Below are positions 53,401 to 64,000 of a stretch of DNA of 64,000 nucleotides, in pieces. Every line of letters begins with the position of its first letter. The stretch's first letter is position 1. This DNA comes from Phoronis australis (Eukaryota; Animalia; Phoronida): contig NMRA01000390.1 in the NCBI GenBank assembly GCA_002633005.1, forward strand, positions 352,836-416,835, in the 5' to 3' direction. Under the pieces are notes generated by a model. The model did not search any database. It was given only the letters and a program-made list of their open reading frames with translations, and was not told the DNA's origin. Both the position numbers and the translations under genes were made by a program.

Positions 53401-55912
53401 ATTGTTACTGACGCTTCCGCAAAGCATCCTGGCACAGCTGCTACTTTATATGTCACCAGGTCCGATAAACNCACGAACAAGATCATCACCCTCCCTCGTC
53501 CCGACGATCACATTTGGATTGTTACTGACGCTTCTGCAAAGCATCCTCGCATAGCTGCTACTTTATATGTCACCAGGTCCGATAAACCTCGTATCGCCTC
53601 TTTCTTCAGTGCCAAACTTAAAGCCCGTCAAGTTCTTTGGCTTCCTTGCGAGATAGAGGCTCTGGCAATTGCTGTTGCTTTGAAACACTTCAGCCCCTAC
53701 CTCATACAGTCGATCCATCGGGCCACTGTTCTTACTGACAGCAAGCCATGCGTACACGCCTTTGAGCGTTTGTGTAGAGGAGTTTTCTGTGAGCCCCAGG
53801 GTATCCACATTTCTGTCTGCTGTTTCGAGGTTCCAGGCGTCTATCCGCCATGTATCTGGGGCTTCAAACATTGTCTCGGATTTCGCTAGTCGTCATAGTG
53901 CGCGGAATGCACTGATCAGTCGTGCCAACTCTGCTCCTTCATTTCCTCGACCGAGGAGTGCGTTGTTTTACGTACGTCATCTGACGACATCTTGTCCGGC
54001 ACTACAAGACTTCCATTTACATCACGATCAGCGTGGCATGGAATTCAGGCTGAATGTGCTGACTTACGCCGCACTCATGCTCACCTCACCCAGGGTACCC
54101 GACCAAGCAAGAAGGTAACCGATGCCAGAGATGTGAAGCGATACCTGAATGTTGCCAAAGTCGCCAATGATGGCTTACTGGTCGTTCGTCGCGATGCTCC
54201 TCTTTCATCTGGACGCGAGTGCATCATCGTTCCACGTTCCGTATTGGATGGTCTCCTTACAGCTTTGCATCTTCGCTTAGATCATCCCTCAGCAAACCAA
54301 CTACGCCTCGTTATCCGTCGTTATTTCTACGCCCTAGACGTAGATGCTGCAGTTGATAGATGTACACAGTCTTGTCATCAGTGTTGCTCCCTGCGTGCGT
54401 TCCCCAAAACCCAGGTCAGCCAAGAAACCTTGGATCCTCCCCCCGCTGTAGGTGTATCCTTTGCTGCGGATGTCATGAAACGCGATCGACAGGACATCCT
54501 TGTGCTTCGTGAGTGCGTGTCATCATACACACTTGCGCGCATTATTGACAGCGAACGGGCTGAGAGTTTGCGAGATAATCTCCTCCAGATGTGTATTGAG
54601 CTTCGACCCTTGGATGGTCCCCCTGCCGTGATTCGCACTGATCCTGCTCCTGGATTTCAGGCTCTCCGCAACGATGAAAGTCTTAAGCGCCACAGATTGA
54701 TGCTAGAGATAGGGCGAGTTAAGAACCCCAACCACAACCCTGTTGCAGAGAAGGCGGTTCGCGAATTGTCTGATGAGTTGCTGAAAGATCACTTGGGTAA
54801 TGGGAAAGTCACTCCCTTACAACTGTTCCTTGCTGTTGCTCGGCTCAGTAGCCGTCTACGCTCCAGAGGATTATCTGCACGTGAAATTTGGTTCCAACGT
54901 GATCAGTTTACTAATGCGCAGTTACCCATCGATGACCAATCTATGATTCATGCTCAACATCAGGGCCGCATAAAGAACCTTGAATCTAGCGTGAAATCGA
55001 AAGCCCCTTTACGAAAGGCCCCTCCTTCATGCCGTGCAAATGTGGGAGACTTGGTGTACCTCTATTCTGACCGAGACAAAACACGATCTCGTCCTCGCTA
55101 TCTCGTGGTCAGCCGGGATGACACCTGGTTGAATGTCCAGAAGTTCATTGGGAATCAGTTGCGATCTACATCCTATCGCATAAAGGACACCGAATGTTAC
55201 AAGGTCCCTTCAGAGACACCTTCACTTTACGGTCCAGTTACCCACGACCTCACCGATGATGATGAAGATCATGTCCCTCGATTAATGCTCCCATTAGCAA
55301 CCCAGCCTGCACCTCAGTTACCACCTTCTAGTGTGTCTGANCTTCAGAGACACCTTCACTTTACGGTCCAGTTACCCACGACCTCACCGATGATGAAGAA
55401 GATCATGTCCCTCGATTGATGCTCCCATTAGCAACCCAGCCTGCACCTCAGTTACCACCTTCTAGTGTGTCTGATGTTCTTCCTGGAGTAAACCTGAGTC
55501 AACCTTCCCACACCTCGAATGATGTTGTTCCTACAAATGATGCGGGTCATACTAGCAGCGGTACACTTGACGTGACGGGAGACGTTCCTTTGCGACGCTC
55601 TTCCAGGACCAAACGTCCTCCAACCTACCTTCAGGATTTTGTGGTTGATTAAGTGTTATGGTATCCTCCATGGACTTTGATGGTACCGATCCTAGTTCAA
55701 GTGTATTACATGTATTGTGTTAATTTTTTCTTAGGACTGATAAGTGTTACTTCAAAGGACTTAAAGAGACATTACGCCACTATTGGTTTCCCGTTTATTA
55801 TTTTACGCGAGTTATTCGTTTGACTATTTTTGTTAGTCCTTCCGGTTTGGCCATTTACGATAAATAAACACAAGTATTTTGAGTTCACACATTTACTCTC
55901 ATTTTACTGGCG
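50450..55912 (+). mobile_element. Ty3/Gypsy LTR retrotransposon, near full length; LTRs 50450-50587 and 55775-55912
   Basis: 138-bp direct repeats (4 differences), PBS-like tggcggcagcg at 50588, purine-rich tract before the 3' LTR, gag-PR-RT-RH-IN order. Confidence 0.95.
50614..55652 (+). pseudogene. Gag-Pol polyprotein with two frameshifts (~53780, ~53900) and two assembly duplications at single Ns (53471, 55341)
   Basis: CALC..H..C knuckle, protease LDCGA, RT KTDLTNAFYQIPL and KLADDLY, RNase H IVTDAS / EIEALAI / VLTDSKP, integrase H..H..CHQC with D (FAADV), D (RTDPAP), E (VAEKAV). Confidence 0.93.
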
Positions 55913-56402
55913 GTGGAATTTGTAACGTTCATATGTAACATTTTTTCTAGGTGAACAAAATTCTTCAAACTTGGTCAGGAATATATCCAAGTTTTTGTAG
56001 GCCTCTTCATTTTCAAAACTGATAGTGTTATACAACGCCAATGCGTCGTCTCCAACGCAATGTAAGAATAGCGCCACCTTCCGTTCGTCAGAGAAATCAG
56101 TGGCCCCACTCGCCACGAGATACACTTCAAACTTTTGCCGAAATCTCCTCCAGTTTTCAGAGACATTGCCTGAATTGAGGTCTAGATCTTCGCTAGGAGG
56201 CTTAATGAGTTCCATCGTATAGTTAAAAAGCTGCCACCATGTAGAATAATAAGAATAAATTAGGTTTATTGGAACACTGAAACTACGTCGATCTACAATC
56301 GTAAGATGGTCGTCCGTGTGTGTCCGTAATAACAAAGTCACTTATACTACAGGAATATAGTGTAAAATACAAACTGCAGTGTAAACTCAACGTATTGCGA
56401 CA
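55913..56402 (-). mobile_element. 5' end of a second, canonical Gypsy element: TG...CA LTR 56402-56240, PBS TGGTGGCAGC, gag N-terminus cut by the CG-ended LTR
   Basis: MELIKPP...NVSENWRRFRQKFEVYLVASG...KVALFLHCVG...FEEFCSPRKNVTYERYKF is typical Gypsy gag; frame runs into the LTR at 55912. Confidence 0.85.
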
Positions 56403-56998
56403 CTTGGCCATATACGGCATGTATACATTGTCAAGAAAACGAATGTCTGTGACCACCTGGTGTTAGAAGTGTGCATGGTATGAACCGCAGGCAAGAAAGT
56501 GTAAAAATCCTCAGACAAATCACAATGCAAGACATATTAAAGAGCCTTGTGACGCTGTTGTTGTTGTGACACAGCTGCTATTCCAATACAGTGAGAACTG
56601 AGTCAATTCAGTTTTCCAAAAGTAAAGAAAATAAACATTGATTAACATTCCAAAGCCACCTTGAGGTACAGAACTTCTAGAAAATGTGTAATTAGCTGTT
56701 TGCTGTGGATATTGCAAGACATTTGTAAAAACATCAACACCTGTAGTTAATCTGATGATGGTCTGAGGAATTGAAATGTCATACAATATCCAATATGGTG
56801 GTTGTATACAGACCTAACACTTTTGTAGCAATAAACTGTAAATTGCAGAATGATTTGAAAATACTTTCTGTTAGCATTTAATAATGCATGTGCTAGTTCA
56901 ACCAAATGCTGCTTGATAATTACGAGATTACAAAATTAATGCGCGAATAAATACATTACTATGAAAAATTCCTACTGGTTAAGTCATCGCCAAGGTAC

Positions 56999-57127
56999 CT
57001 TACAGTCCATGAAATCCCACGTTAAATTGTCAATGCTCCACCATAAACGGAACCGTGTCAGCCACGACGAGACGCCATCTCCTTGCACAATGATCTTGTA
57101 GATGAAGCTGGAAGTTGGAAACTGTGC
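56999..57127 (-). CDS. Probable exon encoding part of a discoidin (F5/8 type C)-like domain
   Basis: cgcag|...AAG|gtacc, 43 open codons AQFPTSSFIYKIIVQGDGVSSWLTRFRLWWSIDNLTWDFMDCK, matching the QG...W...F.L..S.D...W pattern. Confidence 0.55.
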
Positions 57128-58204
57128 CTGCGTTGTAATAGGGAAAGGTTAGTAGCAAAACAACAGCTAATCAACGGATATGAACTGACTAGCAAAACGT
57201 GCTGGGCATTTCATCAAAACCACGACTGCGAATAAGGAGGAAAAAGAGGGAACGACATATCGTACAGATGGAATTCAAAGTGAGGTGTTACTAATACGTT
57301 CCCAAATTTAGACGAAATGACAAGGGTCCCTTCAGATGTTAGGTCCTATGCTCCACACAACTATGTCTGATAAAGTAAATCTCACTTGAGCAAAAGTGTA
57401 AAGCATTTGATAATTTACACATTACTGCAAGTTGCGGAGTTAATTCCCATAAATTATTGCTTGACTGTTATGCACCCATATTTACATGACTAAACCTTTT
57501 TTGACAACAGCTGAAGTGGTAGCACAACACCAAATATCTGTCTTAAAGTGTAACTTGCACGCTAATTCCTTATCGCTGTGACCACTTAGCCAAATTACTT
57601 TGAAACACAACATATACAGATAATGTGAACATGAAGTAGGTTGAAATTGCCAAATGCTTTTTGTTTTTAAGAACGATCGAGTTTCGTGGTGAAAATGATC
57701 TGTCGCAAATCATGGAACCATATTCGGTAAGTATCGTTACGTGGTGCTGAGGAATAACACTGCATAATTCAGGCTATGTTAGCCTACAAAGTATGTAGAA
57801 GTCAGCTATTTTTAGAATTTTTTGTTTTCACATTATTTACAAGCTCTCAATGGATACAACTACCCTTAGTTTAGCTTAGATTATGTTACAATAGCATTGT
57901 TGTTTAGTTCCCAAGTGACAGATGTAATTTATTCCACAAACAAAAGGCAGTAATGTTGAACTAATTTAGTCCAAACAGCTCTATAAAACCAACCAATCCA
58001 TTGTTCGACAAGATGCTTTACCCCAGCCCTGGATGCAGTTAGTGACTACATTATGTTCATCTTCAGTAATGTAACAACCACATATCTGATCATTAGAAAC
58101 ATTAAATCCTTCAAATCCTTGGCTTCATTGGCTGCCTGGTAATTCCGATCGACATAGCATGAGCAGACAACAAAGCATTTTCCAACTATACCCAGGACAA
58201 TATG

Positions 58205-58350
58205 CTAGATCATCACAGGTCTGGCACTTGTTTACTGCTGAGTGGACTGGAGCAATTCAGATCAAATGCCTTGCACAAGGACACAAAACACAACCGCAGC
58301 AGCCAAGGATCGAACCCACGACCTTTCAGTTATGAGCCCACCGCAATAAC
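58205..58350 (-). mobile_element. tRNA-headed SINE fragment (similar remnant near 61880-61975)
   Basis: Reverse-strand B box (ggatcgaacccacgacc) next to tgccttgcacaaggacacaa. Confidence 0.5.
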
Positions 58351-58415
58351 CACTGTGATATATTGGCTGCTACCTGCTTGTGATCATGAACTCATCATTG
58401 ATGCCAGTTGATTAC

Positions 58416-58555
58416 CTTTAATGAGGTGTTCAGTGATGACGACAGGTGGAACACAGGTGGCTGACTGAAGTTATAGCTCACTTCTTCAAGGAAACTCTGT
58501 CCCGAACTGGTCACGATGGAAAGCTTGGACTTGGGCATTATATCCCGAGTATCAG
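58416..58555 (-). CDS. Candidate exon, possibly upstream part of the discoidin-like gene
   Basis: ttttgattcag|CT...AAG|gtaatc, open frame DTRDIMPKSKLSIVTSSGQSFLEEVSYNFSQPPVFHLSSSLNTSLK; no recognisable motif. Confidence 0.35.
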
Positions 58556-60299
58556 CTGAATCAAAAGTGAGAAATGCGTGTCAAATTCACGTGAAAGACA
58601 TTTTCTTGACTGACTGACAACAGCAAGGAAGGTAGCAGTCAGAGTATTTCTCATCGCCCCAAAAAATTAATTATGAGCCATTACTACAAAATTCGTCTCA
58701 ACTTGTTCCTTAATCAAACTGGAAGTTTTCTTTGGTTTCCAAGGAACTGACATTTTGTTGTTTCTCGATCGAGACCACGCACAGCAAAAGTGACATGACG
58801 TGACAAGCCAATGGGAGACTTTCAGGCGAACAATTTACTCTGTCTGTGGCTTTGGGGAACCGATTGACTTCATGCAAAATCCTTTTTACAGTGTATGTGA
58901 TGAATAAATGTGTTAAAAAGTTATAAAATGCCTCCTCGTCATATAGAGCCCACTGGTATCCGGTCCCATGTGACCAGTCACCAAGGTGCTATTTGAAAAG
59001 TCTCCAATTTGTAGAGCCTGGGCTCCAGCAATAACAAAATGACAGTTCTTTCCAGAGACCAAGAGAAATTTTGAGACCAATTTCATAATGGAAAGTGGTC
59101 TAAAACATTGAGACAGAATGTGGGTTTACAACCGTTTTAAAAATTACGTGATTGGCATACGTGATGAGTAAACATAGGTACGTCTCAAGTTCGTTACAAG
59201 GAACGATAAAAAGACCAATGTTGGCAAAATAAGGTCAAATCTCACATCTCTCATGCCTGGAATGTGTTACAACACGACTGGTTAAAAAACTTAGTACCGT
59301 GTATGTAATTTCAAAGTAGTGCAAAGTAGAAATCCATAGTACGCCTTCCATTTTATAGTCTGAAAAACACTAACAACAACAACCAAATGCGCTCCAACCA
59401 AACAATGCCAGAATTCCGTGAAGGTGACAAGGTTATGATGAACAAATTGAGAGTCGCAACTGTACATACTCCCAGGACATGCAANCTCATAAGGCAATCA
59501 TGCTAATTGGAGAGACTCAGTTTTACCCCAGCGCCGAGATCTGATAAGACAAATTAATTTAAGATGAATTAAGTTTGAATAGTTTTTTAAAGAGAAAAGT
59601 GAAGGTACACAATCATGCTAATAAGTGGATAGGAATCGACCTTGCTGATTTTAATGACAGTACCCTGGAACATGACAACAATTCATGACATCATGGGAGT
59701 TATTTTACATGACAATAATCAAGATATTCCATTATCCAGCATGACATTAAGAGGGCTCTGCACATGCTTACCCATGCCTCCAGACTGACAGTGAAGAGAA
59801 ACCCCAGTTTTTGAGCAAAAAATTCTTCCATGGCAAAATTACAGCAGTGAAAGAGAAAAGACAACTGATGAGAAAAGAATTGTGGCAAAAGAACCATTGA
59901 GGATGTTCACACAGTTAGTGAGGGCGGAGCAGTGACATATTGATTGGCAGCTGAAAGTCATATCGTTAGTTTCCCAGAGTTCCCAAAAATGATGCCAGTA
60001 AAACTTACTTAAGGTAGAAGGATACACAAAAAAATTAATTTTGACTGTTTTTTACATTTTTATGTCATCCTAATCTTTAATTTTTGATGTACAGTATTCT
60101 GAAGAAAAATAAAATCATTCTGAAAATCCAAAGTTGTTTTTAGGTATATTTGACCAAACCTCAGTAAGTCATATGGCTTGAGTGCTCACCAGCTCAGTGA
60201 TTGACAACTGGGGCGGAGCTTATATACAAGGACACTAGCTCTAATTTAACCCTGTCAACAAGCATTGCGTAACCGGGCAATCGAGAGTGATGTACCAGC

Positions 60300-60328
60300 C
60301 AATGAGCTATACCTGGTATAGCTCATTG
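60300..60328. mobile_element. 29-bp hairpin element with 7-bp direct flanks; second copy at 11518-11545
   Basis: taccagc|caatgagctatac-ctg-gtatagctcattg|taccagc. Confidence 0.65.
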
Positions 60329-61122
60329 TACCAGCTGATATTGGTGTTGTAGCAAGACCAAGAATAAAACAATTCTATTTTTGACCATGTGACAGTTGGT
60401 AGTGAAATGGTGAACTAGCTCCTGTTCCGAGCCTGAGCCTGTTAGTCTATCTGCAAAAAAAATTAAGTTGAGTACGCCAAGCCCTACCGAAGCCATCACT
60501 GCACTCAGCTTGAGGAGTCCGTGCAGAAATTGTGCATGTATAAAAAAGTCGGTAATATAAGGTCAGGTGTCTTGCGAGAGGACGCTGAGTGTCGACGCGG
60601 GTGGTGTTGCACGATTCGGTGAGAGTGCATGCACGCGCTGTGAAGACAAGCCGCGTGCGCGACACATGGACAACTACATATTGTACAGGCCGTCAGAGTA
60701 GAGTCTTCGCAGATAAACTGTGCTTCTGTGCTGGGAACGCGCCGTGGAGAAACTAGGCTGTCAAACCCAGAGGATTTTTAACTTGCCACTGGCCGTAACC
60801 CAAAGAATTAGAGAAATGACCCAGTGTTCAACATAACAAAAAATTTTCTAGTGCATAGATTCAAACGTAACCCTGAATTAAAACTCATGATATTATATGA
60901 TTTTAGAGGAAAGCAATATAAGAAACTTTAGTAACTTGAGAATCTCACCCAAGCGGCGCTTTTGCGCAGAAAGTGATATTTTGTTATCCCAAAGTCCATT
61001 CGGTACAGGCATGTAAAAATGTTGAACCATTACTATGAAAGTAGTTCTTTATCTTTGTCGCCAATATTGTTATGTAGGCAGTAACGCGGCGATTTGATAT
61101 AACACATATATTGGTTGATGAN

Positions 61123-61272
61123 AAAGAGACATTACGCCACTATTGGTTTCCCGTTTATTATTTTACGCGAGTTATTCGTTTGACTATTTTTGTTAGTCTT
61201 TCCGGTTTCGCCATTTGCGATAAATAAACACAAGTATTTTGAGTTCACACATTTACTCTCATTTTACTGGCG
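61123..61272 (+). mobile_element. Third copy of the 138-bp LTR (61135-61272) with its upstream purine tract, right after a single-N join
   Basis: aaagagacatta-cgccactattgg...ttttactggcg nearly identical to 55763-55912. Confidence 0.92.
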
Positions 61273-62092
61273 CATGGGTTCTGACTCAAACTTTTGGTCC
61301 GCTTTGTGAGCGCAGTGATAGCACAGCTTCACTAAAGCTTGCATCTGGGCATGCTCAGGGGAGATATCTCCAAATGCTCGGTTGGCGAGCATGAGGCATC
61401 AGTCGGCCCAGTCGTTTAAGGATTCGGACTGGACCTACGATGAGCCCAAAAAACTGTGTCGACTCAGTGAGCTTTTCCCACGAATCAGCGTTCCATTTTG
61501 AACATGTTCATGATGTGCAGGGGTCTTCCAGATTGCTTTCCGTATTGAGCGAAAAATATTCGCTTGCCTTCCCCTCTACACAAAAAATATTTGGTCAACG
61601 CATTCAGCCTCCGAAAATTCGTTGACCGAGGCAAAGCATTGGAAACTTTGAGCGTTACGAGGAAAAATCAATAGCTAACAGCAGATATTGACCCAGGGCA
61701 GCCAGCGCGAGACTCAAGTGTCCAAACCATTTCATAACACTCAGGACTCTCAACTGTGCCAAACACAAAGGCCCCTGTCCTTCAGAGAGAGCGGGGCGGG
61801 GGGNGGTGGGGGGTGGGGGGAGCGCGTGAATTGTATTTTGTGTGTGTCCCTCCCGCTTGTGGGTCCTACTAATACTGTTGATAGTTGGGTCAAAGTATGG
61901 AGAAATCATCTTGCCCATAGCGGGTATCAAACCCAGGCCACTAGCATGAGTTGAGTATCCAAACCATTTGGCAAATGCCACTTGGCAAGTGATTTAGAGA
62001 GGCTCTATACAACCAGTGACAGTGTGCGTCACACAGAAATTCACACCACTAGTAGCACCTTTTAACTAGTGACATAAACGTGCTGAACAAAC

Positions 62093-62542
62093 CATCAATT
62101 CCACGCCAAAATGAATGCCATTTTGACCAGGCAAATTTCCTTTATATCTGACTATTGCATCTGTATGGTCGGGAATTCCTTTTTGTTTTATCACAAACAC
62201 CCAGTCATCTGTCTTCATATGCAGTCCTTCAGCTAACCAATTTTTGTTGTCCAAAACTTTCAACCTGTCACTACAGTTTGTTATACCAAGCAACAGAGAG
62301 TGTTCCTGGGGTGAGATTTCTTCAACATCAGCTACACTACACACAATAATTATTTTGTCATTATCATGCGACTGGAGGATAATTTTCTTGGGATTTGACG
62401 ATGTTTCGGTTCCGTGCTCCCACAGACTTCCCATCAACACATGAATATCGCCTTTTCCAGACTTTGAGTTCGTTTTGTTTCTTGCCATACAATCTTTCTT
62501 CAGGACGAACAGTGATCCAGGACGAGTTTTACTCGCCATCAT
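62093..62542 (-). CDS. CYLD: First coding exon of a CYLD-like deubiquitinase (N-terminus and start of first CAP-Gly domain)
   Basis: LLLGITNCSDRLKVLDNKNWLAEGL...IVRYKGNLPGQNGIHFGVEL resembles the CYLD N-terminal region; acceptor tatttag| at 62547/62546, donor ATG|gtttgt at 62093/62092. Later exons not found. Confidence 0.75.
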
Positions 62543-63178
62543 GACACTAAATAGACAAATGTTCACAACACGTCTCTATTCTGCCTCAAATTGTCTTCCA
62601 TGTTCTATGGTCTACTCAAATTATTTATAAGTAAAGTTGCGCGACAAGTAAGTAGTGCTATGTGAAACTCATTTCGCTAACGTTCAAATTACCAATTTAA
62701 ACATTTCTTCTGTTTAATGAGGAGAGCTGTAAATTTTTAAGCTCATCTGGATTATTTGTAAAGTTTTAGTATTCATTATTAACTTACGCAAGAATAATTA
62801 GGTCACTGTTATAATCTACCCTCTGACACAGCGCCACCTATACTGCAAATTATAATCGTTAACTGTAGGAATACAACACTACGCTAAGTAAACAGTCTTT
62901 GGGAAAACCCCACGCCATCATAGTCTATGAGTATGACGCCACTGTGATAAATTGTTTTTAACAGGTTTAACGGTTACAAATTACTTAAATGTAGTCCAGT
63001 TTTGTGTAACTTTTTAAGGCTCTCTTGAAAACGAAAAGTTCAGTATTCGGAAGAATTTTATTCCGACCTGCAGAATTTGTCTAATCAATAAAACAAAACT
63101 CTTTATCACTATGAGTCAGTGATTAAAATAAAATAAACTTCAGTCTTCGGTCACGATGGGGCGCTAGTGTAGTTTAAG

Positions 63179-63189
63179 ATGGCGAACAG
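63179..63189 (+). CDS. Possible tiny first coding exon (MAN-R/S) of a gene divergent from CYLD-like
   Basis: aagATGGCGAACAG|gtaaac: start codon in a YY1-like aagatggcg context followed by a good donor; nothing else supports it. Confidence 0.25.
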
Positions 63190-63815
63190 GTAAACGTTAG
63201 ACTTTGAGATTTGAGATATCCTTGTTTTATTTCATTTATAAGGCATTGTGGTTTCCATGAGTGCTTTTGCTGAACTGCATGTAACGTAGTTCGACTTTAA
63301 AGAAAATTCGAATGCCTCTGATACTTGTGTAAAGTTAACTACCGATGTCATTTACCAGCCGCGTTATTGAAAAGCCCAGTGAGAGGTACGGGAATTACGC
63401 TATGTCCGCCCATGGCTATGTTCTTCCCCTTGGTTTAAGTGACCACACTCTCTCCAGAGTATTATGTCACAGTATTACAATGAAAAGCAACATAAACGAG
63501 AACAACTATAACAGGTTTAACCACAGGCGTCCTCAGCTGATCGTCCCCAATACACAGTGGCGGATCTAGGATATCACAAGGGGGGGGGCCCAAATTTATG
63601 TCCGGCTGTAAACATTTGCGCAAACTGAACCACGATTGTAGATGCGCATAGCACCAAATGGGGGGAGGTCGGGAGGGGGGTTTGCCCCCCTCCCGCCCAG
63701 GAAATTTTTCTGTTTTGACCTCTAAAAATCAAGTATTTTCCTTGATTCCTGAAGTATTAACCAAGAAAAAAAAAACACGGAGAACGTGTCAAACAGGAAA
63801 AACTGCAAGTACTAA

Positions 63816-63873
63816 AGACTCGAACTCACGACCTTGCGCGTAGTGCGCGCGTGCGTTACCACTACACCACCAC
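63816..63873 (-). mobile_element. tRNA-like Pol III head (SINE or tRNA pseudogene)
   Basis: Minus strand tggtgtagtggt (A box) ... gagttcgagtc (B box); acceptor stem not evident. Confidence 0.45.
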
Positions 63874-64000
63874 GATTTAGCTACTAATCTCATACTAAGA
63901 GACGTACTTGTTTATGGTCCACAGCGTTTGCGCGCGAAACCTACTTCTTTTTGTAATGTTTATTACACGTTTTGTGCCATCGATTCTTAACAAATTTGTC

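Noticed and set aside
53355-53590. Apparent duplicated RNase H segment
   Set aside because: The ~115-bp duplication is centred on a single N, typical of an unmerged contig overlap.
53770-53910. Programmed frameshifting within pol
   Set aside because: The shifts fall inside the RNase H/linker region with no slippery heptamer; more likely mutation or sequencing error.
55208-55472. Apparent tandem duplication at the integrase C-terminus
   Set aside because: Again centred on a single N (55341); probable assembly overlap.

Overview
AT-rich, intron-containing, repeat-dense animal DNA (it looks like an invertebrate draft assembly, with a ~940-N gap and several single-N joins). Host genes: (i) the 3' exons of a + strand type-I membrane protein (MAM end, CUB, TM, Cys string, Pro/Tyr tail with PPxY motifs) at 2.3-10.1 kb; (ii) a - strand cluster of three paralogues (22.9-43.1 kb) that I do not recognise, built from a very basic His/Arg/Lys/Ser exon joined by a phase-1 intron to a Cys/Gly-rich exon with an invariant GRDIxRD...VHLHVGDIxTGD core; (iii) probable discoidin-like exons at 57-58.6 kb; (iv) the first coding exon of a CYLD-like gene at 62.1-62.5 kb. 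Mobile DNA: a near-complete Ty3/Gypsy element whose 138-bp LTRs end in CG...CG rather than TG...CA, an old relative of it, a canonical Gypsy 5' end, an internally deleted Kolobok (THAP transposase plus KolX), LINE fragments, SINEs and many small TIR elements, including two inverted copies of one element inserted at the same 9-bp site inside an older copy of itself. The most promising novelties are the basic/Cys-rich gene family, the CG-ended LTRs and the self-nested transposon palindrome. All calls were made by eye; no searches were run.
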